From Caldisericia bacterium (GTDB lineage: Bacteria > Caldisericota > Caldisericia > JAAYUI01): DNA of 64,000 bases. Position numbers and translations under genes: made by a program. The notes beneath the pieces are model-generated. The model did not search any database, was not told where the DNA came from, and was given only the letters and a program-made list of their open reading frames with translations. The stretch covers positions 128,001 through 192,000 of the forward strand of contig OY771555.1 of NCBI GenBank assembly GCA_963674785.1, read 5' to 3'. This document shows, in pieces, positions 62,289-64,000 of the stretch (its first letter is position 1; the number at the start of each line of letters is the position of its first letter).

Positions 62289-64000
62289 ATGAAAAAAATT
62301 GGTACAATTACGCTTATAGTTTTATTAGTTTTAGTATTTTTCCCATCCTATTCCCACAATGAAGAAGTGATAGCAGACGTTCTTGAATCATGTCCCGAAA
62401 TCAGATCTTTTGGGGTTCTTCCAGATAGCATATATGTGAATACCAATGTCGCTCAAACCCAAAGTGGCGTTGTGATGCACGATTTCTATGGAGATATCGA
62501 ACTTACAACGCGGTCAATAAACACAGGGAGTTATAAATGCGATATCACATGTGAATTTACATATACGGATGTTAACTACACCCATCTCTATTGGAGAGTT
62601 ATCATTTATGATGGAAAAGTTCACGATGTATGGCTTGACGGAAAAAAGATCAAACCAAAACTCGAAGAAGATGACGGTCTCATGTGGATATCCACGGAAA
62701 TTGATGAAGACTTCGAGTATGGTGAGCATTCGATGAGATTTGTCTACAGTGTCGATTTTGAGCAATCAAATCCCGACAACACAAGATATCAATGCTTTGT
62801 AAAACGGATACCATGCTCATATGTACGAGGGATGGTGGCCAACGCATTTTGCACAGCAGTACACAGACATAATTCATACCTCATTTGATCTTAAAATGCC
62901 AAACACATGGTTCATGATGGGAGATTTTATCCCTGAAGAATACAGAGATGAACCTAGTCCAACAGGTGAATATCACATGGAACAATACGAATCATATCCT
63001 CCTATCATGAGGATATGCTGCGGTGAATATGAAGTCACAAAGTATGAAGGTGACACCTATGATGTCAGGATGTATGCCTTCAGGGGCCAATCTGGAGATG
63101 CCGAATATCTAATTGGCACAAGCAAAGATTCAATCGAGTTTTTCTCGGAATACTACGAACATCCTTGCACAAATGATTTCTTTATTGCCGCACAAACTGC
63201 CGGCAGAGGAAGCGGAAGAGGGATGGACGGCGGATTCATAATGGATACCAACTATCTGAATCGTCAGAATATGGCTGAGGATTTTATATCTCATGAGGTA
63301 TCACATGTTTGTTGGTGGGGAGGAACCGGAGTAATGGGGAATACTTCTCAACCAAACTTAAGATTTCTAAACGAAGCAACCGCAGAATTCTCAAGTCTTC
63401 TGTTCTGTGAGCAGGTACTCTCAGAACAGAAGGGTTTTGAAGAGTGGAAGCTTAGGATGGAGTGGTACAGAGACACGAAAGACTATTACAAATCAAAAGG
63501 GTGGACAGAACCTCCAATAATAAACCCGGCATCTGCAGACAATTTTTCAATCACGTACTATAAAGGTGCATGCGTTTTCTGGGCTTTAAGATATTACATG
63601 GGTGAAGAGAATTTTAGAAATGCGATGATCGAGATTTTCAATAATTACGCTAGATCAAATGCTCCAAGCGATGATGAGTGGTACAGACCATCAATTGCCG
63701 ATTTTTACAACACATTCAAAAAACATGCGAAAAGGGATATCAGCGGATTCTGGAGCACTTATGTTGGAAGCACTGAACTCCCAAGGCTTGATTATTCTAT
63801 TAACCGAATCAGATATAAAGGAGTAATCTATGATTCAGTAAACCTGAAAAATCTTACAGAACACAAATCACCATTAATGGTTCATGTGTACCACTCAGAC
63901 GGCACATATGAAGAAGTGATTCTGGAAGAACTTGACCAATCATTTAGGATCGATGGGCATGCCTCAGGAGTGTTATTTCATGATTACATGGGATCAATGC
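62289..64000 (+). pseudogene. Secreted M1-family (gluzincin) aminopeptidase with a frameshift near 62801; runs off the window
   Basis: The frame of ORF 62289 shifts +1 into an open frame HAHMYEGWWP...SHEVSHVCWWG...FLNEATAEF...YYKGA that is open to 64000. Confidence 0.8.

Overview
AT-rich chromosomal window from an anaerobic bacterium. The 16S sequence and the many secreted beta-propeller and copper-amine-oxidase N-terminal-domain proteins suggest Caldisericota, but I could not verify this. Housekeeping content: deoB, ahcY, a complete V/A-type ATPase operon with a Na+-binding K subunit, rpsP-khpA-ylqD-trmD-rplS-rnhB-yraN with four signal peptidase I paralogs, tRNA-Val(CAC), a Na+-type membrane pyrophosphatase, a degenerate Pfk, a kinase-AAA-TPR protein, a stand-alone 16S rRNA gene and feoABC. 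Accessory content: a tandem array of membrane-protein paralogs, a HEPN-like gene, an IS1595 remnant between 65-bp direct repeats and several pseudogenes. The main discovery is at 44799-48806: an operon encoding an SsuABC/TauABC-like ABC transporter and a selenocysteine-containing SelD. It is preceded by an unannotated leader ORF with its own SD, an in-frame UGA and a SECIS-like hairpin with the same geometry as the selD SECIS, followed by mutually exclusive hairpins that can occlude the transporter SD. This is a candidate selenocysteine-sensing translational attenuator controlling selenium uptake.
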